Made by a program: the position numbers and the translations under genes. This document shows positions 53,614-64,000 of a DNA stretch of 64,000 bases, piece by piece (within the stretch, counting starts at the first letter, position 1; each line of letters starts with the position of its first letter). This stretch comes from Eledone cirrhosa. Taxonomy: Eukaryota. Where the stretch lies: NCBI GenBank assembly GCA_964016885.1, contig OZ024747.1, positions 38,564,001 to 38,628,000 on the forward strand, in the 5' to 3' direction. The notes under the pieces were generated by a model. That model worked only from the letters and a program-made list of their open reading frames with translations. It was not told where the DNA came from and did no database searches.

Positions 53614-55570
53614 CATGCAGAAACAACATCTGAATATTTCTACAAAGAACATACCCCTACCAAGCAGGAAAACCTAAAACTCCTGATACAGAAAACAGAC
53701 GCGTTCATTAAAAGGTTGCGCTGGCTTGCCTTTTATTTCGTTAATCCGCGAAAAGCAGACAACAAACAGGGTAAATTTGGATTTAAAACCTATAATAACC
53801 CCCCGTGGAACCCAGCATTGCTACCCTTTGAAAATGATGTCTTGGAACTCATTCGGAGTATCAAATTTCGGAATAGGAGCAATTCCTTCCAGCAAGACCT
53901 GAAGAATAGAATTCGTTCTATTAAGGATTCTAACGTCGTGCACGTCCATTCCGACAAAACTGGCAACCTATATCAAGTGGAGCGCAGTACTTACCATCAA
54001 CTACTACATAATGCTGTAACTAAGGATTACCGTAAAACTAATCGGTGCGTCATCAATGAAATCAACGATGCTGGGTTTGAAATACATCTGATCTCAACAT
54101 CCTGGACCGGACCGAACCTCTGGACCCTATTTCTCCACATTTTACCCTGAAGGATCACAAATCCAATTTTCCGAACAGCCCCTCTATTCTGCTTATTAAC
54201 CCTACGAAGTCCGATTTAGGTAGACTTAGTAAAACGATTCTTGATAGAATTATACCTGAAATTAGAAGTTTGGCCCCTCTCGCACTGTGGAACAATTCTT
54301 TCGCGGTGATTGATTGGTTCAACGGCATATGTAACAAGGAACATTGCCGTTTTATCCAATTCGACATCAACAATTACTACTCCTTCATCACTTTACCACT
54401 TCTCCTTAGAGCTATCAATTTCGCTAAAACACTCACAGCGGTTAAGGATTTCGAAGTTGATGTCATCCTTAATGCCCGAAAGTCGGTGATTAATTTCGAC
54501 GACTCTATTTGGATTAAAAAATCCAATAGTACCCCATTCGACGTGAGTATGGGCGCCAGTGACTCTGCGGAGGTTACTGATCTTATTGGCCTTTTCCTTC
54601 TTTTCTCTATCAAGGACGAATTCCCCAACGCGGGCGGTGGTTTGTACCGTGACGATGGTCTTTTGACCATGACTAAGTGCGGACCTCGTGCTTGCGACAG
54701 GTTCAGAAAAGAACGCACAGCCTTCTTTAAAGGCTTCAACCTCTCTATACAGGTCGAGGCCAATCTCTCAGTCGTTAATTACCTCGACGTTACCCTCAAT
54801 TTATTGAATGGGTTGTATTACCCGTATAGAAAGCCGATAAGGTAGTATATACAGAGTACGAAAATAGACCTAGAAGAAATAGATCCCGTCGCATTTGTTG
54901 GTTTAACCGACCATATAATATGGAGGTGGCCACACCATTAGCTAAGATCTTTCTTTCCGTTATTACGAAACATTTTCCCCCTACACATAAATATAGTAAA
55001 GTTTTTAATAGAAATACTATTAAAATTTATTATTCTACGACTCCTAACCTTGCACATAACATCACAGCTTCAAATTTAGCTAAACTACCTAGCCGTAGGA
55101 ACACGTGCAACCCTGTAGTTAGTACTAACTGTAATTGTAGGAATCGGGCTGATGGCCCCCTATCCGGGAAATGCCTCTCTAGTAACATTGTCTACAAATG
55201 TAAGGTTGTAACACCCACGTCCCGTAGGGCCTACATAGGGTTAACCGCCAATAGTTTCAAGCAGCGTCTTTACATGCATACCCATTCTTTTCGTTACCCG
55301 CTAAGAAGGAATATGACGTCACTTTCAGCTTATATCTGGAGTCTATAAGACAACCACACCCAATATAAGTTACACTGGGAGATCCTAGCTCGGGCTAGAT
55401 CGTATAACGGAAATAAAAGACCATGTGACCTCTGCGCCGCTGAGGCCCTGGAAATAATCTACGCCACAGACAACATCTTAAACAAAAAATCTGAGGCAAT
55501 TTCGGCTTGTAAACATAAATTGCACAAAACTTTCCTGTATTACAGCCCCTCGTTATACCCTAACGGATAG
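53614..55570 (+). pseudogene. PLE RT + GIY-YIG endonuclease ORF, frameshifted, with a deletion near 54840
   Basis: TKNIPLP, FIKRLRW, FGFKT, SDKTGNLY, FIQFDI, GLYRDDGL, CNCRN..GKCL, IVYKC..AYIGLT..FKQR, CDLC..E..LNK..CKH. Confidence 0.9.
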
Positions 55571-56496
55571 TACGATCTATACGTGGATATTTTACGTCCT
55601 GATGTGGGAGCTAAGTATATGTTTTGTTTATTCCTTTAATTATTTGCATAGGTAAGTATATATTACCTGTATGTTTTGTGAAGGTTGTATACCTTCTCGT
55701 ACGTATATTTGATTGTTATGGCGTATAATTTTTATATATTCTGGTATTTAGGGTTTGGCTATGTGTATACGGGAGTTTTGCGTCTGTGTGATTATGCAGG
55801 TTCGTACGTATGGTGGATGTGTGTATATGTGTACTTCTTGTTTTAGTTGACATACGTCTCCGAACATTCGTATATTTATATGTAGGTATCTGTGTGCGCT
55901 TGTTATATACGTATCTATTTACTTTTATACGTTTATATAATTATTTATTTATTTGTACACAAGCATACACACACACACACATATTTATATGGGCGTGGTT
56001 GTATACCCATGGTAAGGTTTTGCGTATGCTTGTGTATGTACGTATTTGTTTGCGTGTATATATTTATTTATTTCTATTACTTCTGTATTGTATTTATTTA
56101 CTTTGTTCTTAACTCTGTAGCGGAGATTCATTTGGTCTCCTAGTTAGAATTTTAGTCTACGACTTCTGCTATACCATTTACGTGGTTTTGTCTTTGCGTG
56201 CTATTGTTCTCCACGCTCCACATATGACTTATTATCTTCGTTTTTTCGTTCATTGCCAGAGAACGTCTCTATGCACCACCTAAGAGAACATTAGTGTACA
56301 ACCTCTTTTATACCTAAACGTGGTTCTGTCTTTGCGCGTAATTGTTTTTCACCGCTCCTTTTAATGACGTATTATTCGTTTTTTCCCGTTCTTCGCCAGC
56401 GAACGTTTCCACGAACCAAAGTATCGTCCTCCTGTCTTCCTCCGGTTGCAACGTTTTTTGAAATATCCAATTCTGCGTTTACAGATTGATTTTGTT

Positions 56497-56547
56497 AGTT
56501 TCAGAAGATCCCGTTAAGGGTGAAAGCAGCGATTCTTTGCTTAAACT
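56497..56547 (+). ncRNA. Type I hammerhead family D (CAGAAGA core)
   Basis: AGTTT-CAGAAGA-tCCCgttaaGGGt-GAA-AGCAG-cgattct-TTGCT-T-AAACT; stem I extends via CAGATTGA/TTAATCTG. Confidence 0.65.
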
Positions 56548-56563
56548 TTAATCTGTTATTTTA

Positions 56564-56606
<43 letters not shown>

Positions 56607-56641
56607 TTATAAGAATCAAAGATCTGTTCAAAACATTTTTA

Positions 56642-56687
56642 TGCTTACAATTGTTTCCTCCAAACCGAGGTTTGGATTCGTCGGAGC
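56642..56687 (-). ncRNA. Hammerhead family E (CCGACGA core)
   Basis: GCT-CCGACGA-atCCAAACctcgGTTTGGag-GAAA-CAATTG-TA-AGC. Confidence 0.7.
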
Positions 56688-56977
56688 GACATCCATTACA
56701 ACATTTAGTTTGGCAGTATACATTTAGAGGTTACATTCATATTAAAAGAGGATAAAATCAAAAATACAGGTTAAAATACGTACCGCATTAATTTCATGTA
56801 TTTTAACCTGTATTTTTGATTTTATCCTCTTTTAATATGAATTTAATCTCTAAATGTATACTGCCACACTAAATGCTGTAATGGATGTCGACCCACCAAG
56901 CAACAATGTTTGCATATGTATCTGTATGTCTCTTGGGTTGAAAAGGAGGTCATATAAGTGTTCATTCATTAATAAAT

Positions 56978-57025
56978 TGCTCCGAAGAAAACCAAACCTC
57001 GGTTTGGAGGAAACAGTTGTAAGCA
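56978..57025 (+). ncRNA. Hammerhead family E (CCGAAGA core)
   Basis: TGCT-CCGAAGA-aaaCCAAACctcgGTTTGGag-GAAA-CAGTTG-TA-AGCA. Confidence 0.7.
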
Positions 57026-57228
57026 TAAACATGTTTTGAACAGATCTTTGAGTTTTATAACCTATATATAACTGCTCTGTAAGACATCTGATATTATTAC
57101 ATTGAGCTATTTAACTTACTGGTAATAAGGTAGTAATATACTACTGCCTATCATTATTTAGGGTTTGTAAAAATATATATAACTACAAAAGGCTTTTGTA
57201 TTTGCATAACCATAAATAGTATCCTTAA

Positions 57229-57266
<38 letters not shown>

Positions 57267-57384
57267 CCGTAGGAAGTTGATGACTGAGAGGAAATAGTAA
57301 ACAGTAAGGAAGTAGACGTTAAATATTAAATACATTAAGGCTAACACCAGATTAACAGGACCAATTACTTAACCTTGATAAAAT

Positions 57385-57565
<181 letters not shown>

Positions 57566-57782
57566 TCAAAGGTATATATTGAGTTAGAAGCTCAGAAATA
57601 GTCTCTTACAATTAAATAAATGAAGGAAAGAACATTTTCCGGGCCGTGCAATATAATTGAATGTAAAGGAGAGATAAACACAATATATAGATATATGCCT
57701 TTTAAATCCCTTACGATTTGAACACATATATGTATATATCTGTGTTTATCTCTCTTTTATATATATATATATATATATGTAT

Positions 57783-58338
57783 ATATAAGTATGTACACGT
57801 ATATACATATATGTATACAGACGTACAGTAGTATGTATATATATATATACATACATTCACACATATATATATGTACGTATGGATTCACCGAACATTTATT
57901 ATAAATGCTCGGTGTGTTTCATATTTTCCGTTTATCGTTTTCGGTGCACCCGGCCGATTAACCCACTCGATATGCAAATTGGGCTACTCAGCCGTTAATA
58001 TGCATAAGGTAAGAATATACGTTCAACAATCTGGCAGGCAGGATACGTTGCTGACGATAGCTAATAAGCTTGAAATTAGTACAGCGTTCCTTTGTCAGTG
58101 TTGAACAAACGAGCAACGATGGTTGCTGGACACTACGGGATGTTTGTTTACAAACACACCGAGCATTATAATAAATGTTCGGTGAATCCATACGTACATA
58201 TATATATGTGTGCATGTATGTATATATACATACTACTGTATGTCTGTATACATATATGTATGTACGTGTACTTACTTATATTTAAGTAACAGCTGTACTA
58301 AGAGTGGGGAATGAAATTTCGTTTCATTTTTTCCGTTT
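57783..58338. mobile_element. Fold-back of pLTR family B
   Basis: 57783-57919 is inverted relative to 58150-58281; 57920-58338 matches 9635-10075. Confidence 0.85.
58046..58086 (+). ncRNA. Minimal type I hammerhead family B, canonical core
   Basis: CGTTG-CTGACGA-tAGCTaataAGCTt-GAAA-TTAG-TA-CAGCG. Confidence 0.8.
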
Positions 58339-58389
58339 ATATATATATATATATAAATATATAAATATATATATAATATATATATATAT

Positions 58390-58581
58390 ATAACGAAGGA
58401 AATGTGGTAAGGAACCAGGTGGACCATAACGCACCAAATTACTCAATACTTAGGGTAGTAGAGTCGGTAATAGGAACAAGTAAGACCCCGACGGCTGAGC
58501 TCAAGCCGTTTCGACGGCTAATTCTGTGACAGAATTAGCCGTCGAAACGGCTTGAGCTCAGCCGTCGGGGTCTTACTTGTT

Positions 58582-58585
<4 letters not shown>
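58390..58585. mobile_element. Fold-back of the PLE family A 3' end
   Basis: Perfect arms 58470-58526 / 58530-58586 around a 3-nt loop, with TA tracts on both sides. Confidence 0.88.
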
Positions 58586-58647
<62 letters not shown>

Positions 58648-59297
58648 ATACATATATATACATATGTAAAGTATTGCTCCTGTTTAAAGTTCAGTCAACA
58701 ATGTCGTGGTTCGTCTTCCACGATCAACAAATTGGCTATTAACTGTGTACTATGATGGTTCAGCTCACTATGAATGGCTGAAACAAATTTGTAACCTTAT
58801 ATTAAAATACAAAATAATGCTTATATTAACGATTGTATAATAACATTGATTTTGATATATTATGAGTTTCCTGTAAATTATTTATATTTGAATACATTAT
58901 TTTAGAAAATCCTTTTTAACACTTCATCCCATTTTATTTCCTGATAGCATTACTTGCGTGATTCTGCATATGTTATAGAAATCAATGATTCGTGATTATA
59001 TTTAATATTAAGCGCAATATTGAGCGAAACATTATCATATTAGGTGAAAAACTGCACAAAATCACATAGACACTAAATTGAATTGTAAATATTTTAAAGT
59101 AGGTTATGAATGTATATTTACTTATGGGTTTTCTCCTTTCAAACATCAGCATTTAATACGATGTATTTTCGTATTATCAGAAGGAGAAATTCCACCAATC
59201 TGAGAAGATATACAGGTAGAAGTTCAGGTAGAGTTCGGGTAAAAATTCAATGTAGGAATCCAACGAGTTTTAGGGTCCACGTAAGCGTATATATATA

Positions 59298-60001
59298 TAA
59301 ATGAAACGGAATTCCATTTTTCACTTTTGGTACGGCTGTTACTTAAATATAAGTATGTATACGTACATACATATATGTATACAGACGTACAGTAGTATGT
59401 ATATATATACATACATACACACATATATATATGTACGTATGGGTTTACCGAACATTTATTATAATGCTCGGTTTGTTTGTGAACAAACAGCCCGAATTAA
59501 GCCGTACAGTCTTTAGCAACCATCGTTGCCCTTTTGTTCAACACTGACAAAGGAACGTATAGATACTTATATTTAAGTTACAGCCGTACTAAGAGTGAGA
59601 AATGAAATCTCATTACATTTATTCCATTTATCGTTTTCGGTTCGCCCGCCCCACTAACTCACTCGATATGCAAATTAGGCTGCTCAGCCGTTAATATGCA
59701 TAAGGAAAGTATATACTTTCAGACGTTCAATCATCTGACAGGAAGGTATACGATACTGACGATAGCTAATAAGCTTGAAACTAGTCATTGTTCCTTTGTC
59801 AGTGTAGAACAAAGGGCAACGATGGTTGCTAAACACTGTACGGCTTAATTCGGTATGTTTGTTTACAAACAAACCGAGCATTGTAATAAATGTTCGGTAA
59901 ACCCATACGTACATATATATATATGTGTTCATGTATGTATATATATATATATACATACTACTGTACGTCTGTATACATATATGTATGTACGTATACATAC
60001 T

Positions 60002-60003
<2 letters not shown>
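59298..60003. mobile_element. Fold-back/tandem pLTR family B
   Basis: 59298-59556 minus copy, then the + strand 3' end (59560-59610) followed by a + copy at 59620-60003. Confidence 0.85.
59751..59790 (+). ncRNA. Hammerhead family B copy
   Basis: cgata-CTGACGA-tAGCTaataAGCTt-GAAA-CTAG-TC-attg. Confidence 0.7.
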
Positions 60004-60081
<78 letters not shown>

Positions 60082-60087
<6 letters not shown>

Positions 60088-61150
60088 ATACAATAACAGA
60101 GATAGTTTAAAGCTAAACTCTGACTGGTAACCATCTCACTCAACAAACATTAGGTTATATTTAAATACAAACCCAATTTAAGTGTTTGGGGTGCTAACAA
60201 TATGTATAATGTGGAAAAACCAGTTGTATTATTTTATGAGATATAATTAAAGTTAAAGTATATCTCTCTTTCCAAACAATTGTTTCATTATAAGTTTTCT
60301 ACAAGTTGGGAGAATATTTCCAGTTTATGTAGAAGCCTAATATATATTCATGTAAGAGTATATTTAGGTGGGTGCTTATAAATCATCAGTAGAAGCCCGA
60401 TAAACTTTGATATAAGAAAATAATTCTTACCGCAGTCAAAAATCGTGTGTGTTAAGTTGCTCTTTCTCGCCTCGAATGACCGCCAAATTTGAAATTCCAG
60501 CAGTTTTTGACTGAAGAAGTATCATAGCGACACGAAGCGGGAAGGGGAGATAACTACGATCCACGAAAAGAAAAAATAATAATATACACGCGGGTTAATT
60601 AGTTTTTTCGAAAACATTATCAATCCAACGTGTTAAGAACTCAATTGAAAATTAAAAAAATAAATATATGCGTGTATAAATTACACTCGCATATAGATAT
60701 TTTCTTAGGCTAAATCAGAAGTTGTACCCGAATAAGAACCGCACCCCATAACCGCAGTAAATACAGAAAGATATGCTTTAAAGGGCAAATGGGAATGTAA
60801 ATCTCCGGCCGAATTAAGAGTAAAATATAAAACACACGCGGGTTAATTAGTTATTTCAAAACCAATATTAATTCCTCGTGTAAAGAACTCAATTAATTAA
60901 AGAAAAGAAATTTATGCATGTAATTATATACATAGGCATATATATATTTTCTTAGGCTAAAAACAGAGAAGTTACAACCAAAAAAAAACCCACATTTCAC
61001 AACGGTAATAAATACGGAAAATCAAATTCATAAGGTACCTGGAAATAAACACCTCTGGCCAATCAAGAGTAAATATTTAATACAATAACAGAGATAGTTT
61101 AAAGCTAAACTCTGACTGGTAACCATCTCACTCAACAAACATTAGGTTAT
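60082..61150. mobile_element. Unclassified TA-flanked element with about 77-bp terminal direct repeats and two internal diverged repeats of about 250 bp
   Basis: 60082-60160 = 61074-61150; ACACGCGGGTTAATTAGTT at 60585 and 60834. Confidence 0.7.
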
Positions 61151-61172
61151 ATATATATATATATATATATAC

Positions 61173-61213
<41 letters not shown>

Positions 61214-61372
61214 TATATAAATATATATATATGAGACGTAAAATAAGAAAATTATAAAATTAACTTACTAAAATTTCACTCCATTGAACCACAAAGTTAC
61301 TAAGACAAAACGTATATATTTGCTAGCATAAGTATGCATCTGTGTATATATATGTTACTAGATATACTAATT

Positions 61373-61410
<38 letters not shown>

Positions 61411-61477
61411 AAGGTTTAGTAAATAATGAAAAAGTTTCAAAATAAATTTTAAAAAATTGACTTTACCTATTATAGTT

Positions 61478-61561
61478 ACCTTTACCGATCGGTTTCGAAT
61501 CCCAAAAATAAAACGGAGACCATACGGCCTTCGTTGCAAAGAGAGATTCTCGTCAGAAGGT
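61478..61561 (-). ncRNA. Hammerhead family F
   Basis: Reverse complement of 62318-62401; intact core. Confidence 0.88.
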
Positions 61562-61960
61562 ACTTTTCATTCAAAGAATATAAAATTCCTGAATTTAAAT
61601 CACAAACTAGCGCTATCAAAGACTGTTCCTGGGATGAGAGTGGATGATGTAGAACAGGTTTATCAAGGGCCGTAGTAAAGATAGAGGCAAAAGGAGGTAG
61701 GTCAAACTAGCCACCGCTGTTGTCAGCAGCAGTCGGAATGACCCGGTTTGTTCTCAACGTTTGTGAAGGTAGTAGTAATATGAAATACGTCCCTTCACGC
61801 ACAAGGCGCCAAGGTACGCATGTATTGTCCAACCAAGTGCCAGTGTGGTTCAATGGCGGGTTAATAAATTAACGAGCCAGAACAAATATAAACAAGGTTT
61901 AGTAAATAATGAAAAAGTTTCAAAATAAATTTTAAAAAATTGACTTTACCTACTATAGTT

Positions 61961-62044
61961 ACCTTTACCGATCGGTTTTGAATCCCAAAAATAAAACGGA
62001 GACCATACGGCCTTCGTTGCAAAGAGAGATTCTCGTCAGAAGGT
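61961..62044 (-). ncRNA. Hammerhead family F, G12A mutant (GAAA to AAAA)
   Basis: The + strand reads GGTTTTGAATCCC instead of GGTTTCGAATCCC. Confidence 0.75.
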
Positions 62045-62317
62045 ACTTTTCATTCAAAGAATATAAAATTCCTGAATTTAAATCACAAACTAGCGCTATC
62101 AAAGACTGTTCCTGGGATGAGAGTGGATGATGTAGAACAGGTTTATCAAGGGCCGTAGTAAAGATAGAGGCAAAAGGAGGTAGGTCAAACTAGCCACCGC
62201 TGTTGACAGCAGCAGTCGGAATGACCCGGTTTGTTCTCAACGTTTGTGGAGGTTGTAGTAATATGAAATACGTCCCTGATTTAAATTCAGGAATTTTATA
62301 TTCTTTGAATGAAAAGA

Positions 62318-62401
62318 ACCTTCTGACGAGAATCTCTCTTTGCAACGAAGGCCGTATGGTCTCCGTTTTATTTTTGGGATTCGAAACCGATCGGTAAAGG
62401 T
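62318..62401 (+). ncRNA. Type I hammerhead family F, canonical
   Basis: ACCTT-CTGACGA-GAATCTC...GGGATTC-GAAA-CCGATCGG-TA-AAGGT. Confidence 0.9.
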
Positions 62402-62800
62402 AACTATAGTAGGTAAAGTCAATTTTTTAAAATTTATTTTGAAACTTTTTCATTATTTACTAAACCTTGTTTATATTTGTTCTGGCTCGTTAATTTATTA
62501 ACCCGCCATTGAACCACACTGGCACTTGGTTGGACAATACATGCGTACCTTGGCGCCTTCTGCGTGAAGGGACGTATTTCATATTACTACTACCTCCACA
62601 AACGTTGAGAACAAACCGGGTCATTCCGACTGCTGCTGACAACAGCGGTGGCTAGTTTGACCTACCCCCTTTTGCCTCTATCTTTACTACGGCCCTTGAT
62701 AAACCTGTTCTACATCATCCACTCTCATCCCAGGAACAGTCTTTGATAGCGCTAGTTTGTGATTTAAATTCAGGAATTTTATATTCTTTGAATGAAAAGA

Positions 62801-62884
62801 ACCTTCTGACGAGAATCTCTCTTTGCAACGAAGGCCGTATGGTCTCCGTTTTATTTTTGGGATTCGAAACCGATCGGTAAAGGT
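62801..62884 (+). ncRNA. Type I hammerhead family F, canonical
   Basis: Same motif as 62318-62401, 483 nt downstream. Confidence 0.9.
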
Positions 62885-62939
62885 AACTATAGTAGGTAAA
62901 GTCAATTTTTTTAAACTTTTTCATTATTTACTAAACCTT

Positions 62940-62997
<58 letters not shown>

Positions 62998-63089
62998 AAA
63001 GGTTTTATTTAAATTGTTGGGATACAACAAGCAAATATTTTTATAACTGATATAAAGCACTCGACAAGTATTTGGAGTAGATATACGAT

Positions 63090-63472
63090 ATTGACAAATG
63101 GAAACTATATTTATAAAACTATATTTATTTCATTATACATATTTCAAGGGCAACCAAAGCAAATTATGGTGCGGTTTCATGAAATACAATACAGATTTGT
63201 TTTATAAATAAATATTGACATACCCAGAAAAATTTTATCTGATGAAAGCGTACCAAATAAAAGCGTGTTTTATTATACATATTTCAAGGGCAACCAAGGC
63301 GGATTGTGGTACGCTTTCATGAGATAAAATTTTTCCGGGTATGTCAATATTTATTTATAAAACAAATCTCTATTTTATCTGATGAAAGCGCACCATAATT
63401 TGCTTTGGTTGCCCTTGAAATATGTATAATGAAATAAATATGCTTTTATAAATATAGTTTCCATTTGTCAAT
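63090..63472. mobile_element. Scrambled fold-back of the HHR family G unit
   Basis: 63090-63180 is inverted to 63382-63472; inner inversion 63193-63254 / 63308-63369. Confidence 0.82.
63371..63436 (+). ncRNA. Type I hammerhead family G
   Basis: TATTTTAT-CTGATGA-AAGcGCACCA...TGGtTGCcCTT-GAAA-TATGTA-TA-ATGAAATA (8-bp stem I). Confidence 0.82.
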
Positions 63473-63693
<221 letters not shown>

Positions 63694-64000
63694 AATCATA
63701 TAATGTTAACGCACACCATTGATTTTATTGTTGGAAGTCTACAAAAATGTGTAAGGCATTATGTTGGCCCCCTTGTGTGTAATACTACATAGATACGAAG
63801 ATACGAAATATAATTTGTATTGAAGTTCATTTAAATAGAACTGTTGCATGCTCACCTAATTATTCTATATGGTTCAATATCTCTATGATATTTGAAATAG
63901 TGCATTCGTCACAAATGCCAATAGCTTTTGAAATAGAGAAATAATGTTCAACAGTTGATTTTCCATGATGAATGTCTTTGATGAAATTGGTAATATGAAA

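Larger units (their letters stand above)
53028..56570 (+). mobile_element. Near full-length Penelope-like element (Naiad-like) with about 490-bp inverted terminal pLTR copies, inserted in (TA)n
   Basis: Inverted repeat 53119-53612 / 56078-56570; internal RT and GIY-YIG; (TA)n on both sides. Confidence 0.92.
56600..57068. mobile_element. Fold-back element of pLTR family E between TA tracts
   Basis: Arms 56600-56780 / 56797-57068, with an extra segment of about 85 bp in the right arm. Confidence 0.85.
61405..62945. mobile_element. Tandem + inverted array of a 483-bp non-coding HHR unit (retrozyme-like or PLE pLTR, family F)
   Basis: About 1.8 units on the minus strand (61405-62276) joined to about 1.4 units on the plus strand (62277-62945), with TA tracts on both sides. 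Confidence 0.9.

Noticed and set aside
55120-55570. Selenocysteine (UGA) recoding as reported for some Naiad PLEs
   Set aside because: Cys positions use TGT/TGC. The in-frame stop at 55346 is TAA, and the other copy has AAA there.
53119-56570. DNA transposon with long TIRs
   Set aside because: The interior encodes RT and GIY-YIG, not a transposase, and the repeats are HHR-bearing pLTRs.
61405-62945. CRISPR array, or protein-coding repeat (ORFs MTLP..)
   Set aside because: There are no unique spacers or cas genes, the context is eukaryotic, and the ORFs are short TTG-start antisense reads.

Overview
AT-rich animal genomic DNA with no recognisable host gene, made almost entirely of mobile elements and (TA)n/(CA)n/(TAA)n microsatellites. 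The repeat landscape suggests a mollusc, probably a cephalopod (inference only). It contains a 5'-truncated CRE-type LINE, three R4/Dong-type RT+restriction-like-endonuclease LINEs, two near full-length Tx1/L1-type LINEs, RTE fragments, non-autonomous Helitrons, mariner-type MITEs, SINEs, a 5S rRNA-derived copy and many Penelope-like element (PLE) pieces. All coding regions are broken by stops or frameshifts. Three signals stand out. (1) At least seven unrelated type I hammerhead ribozyme (HHR) families can be read by eye, including natural core variants UUGAGAA (U3:A8), CAGAAGA (U4A) and CCGANGA (U4C). (2) Nearly all HHR-bearing units occur as fold-back insertions in (TA)n with both 3' ends pointing outward, and some turn around inside the ribozyme itself. 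(3) A chain of Dong and Tx1 LINEs is joined only by (TAA)n tracts. All calls are by eye and boundaries are approximate.
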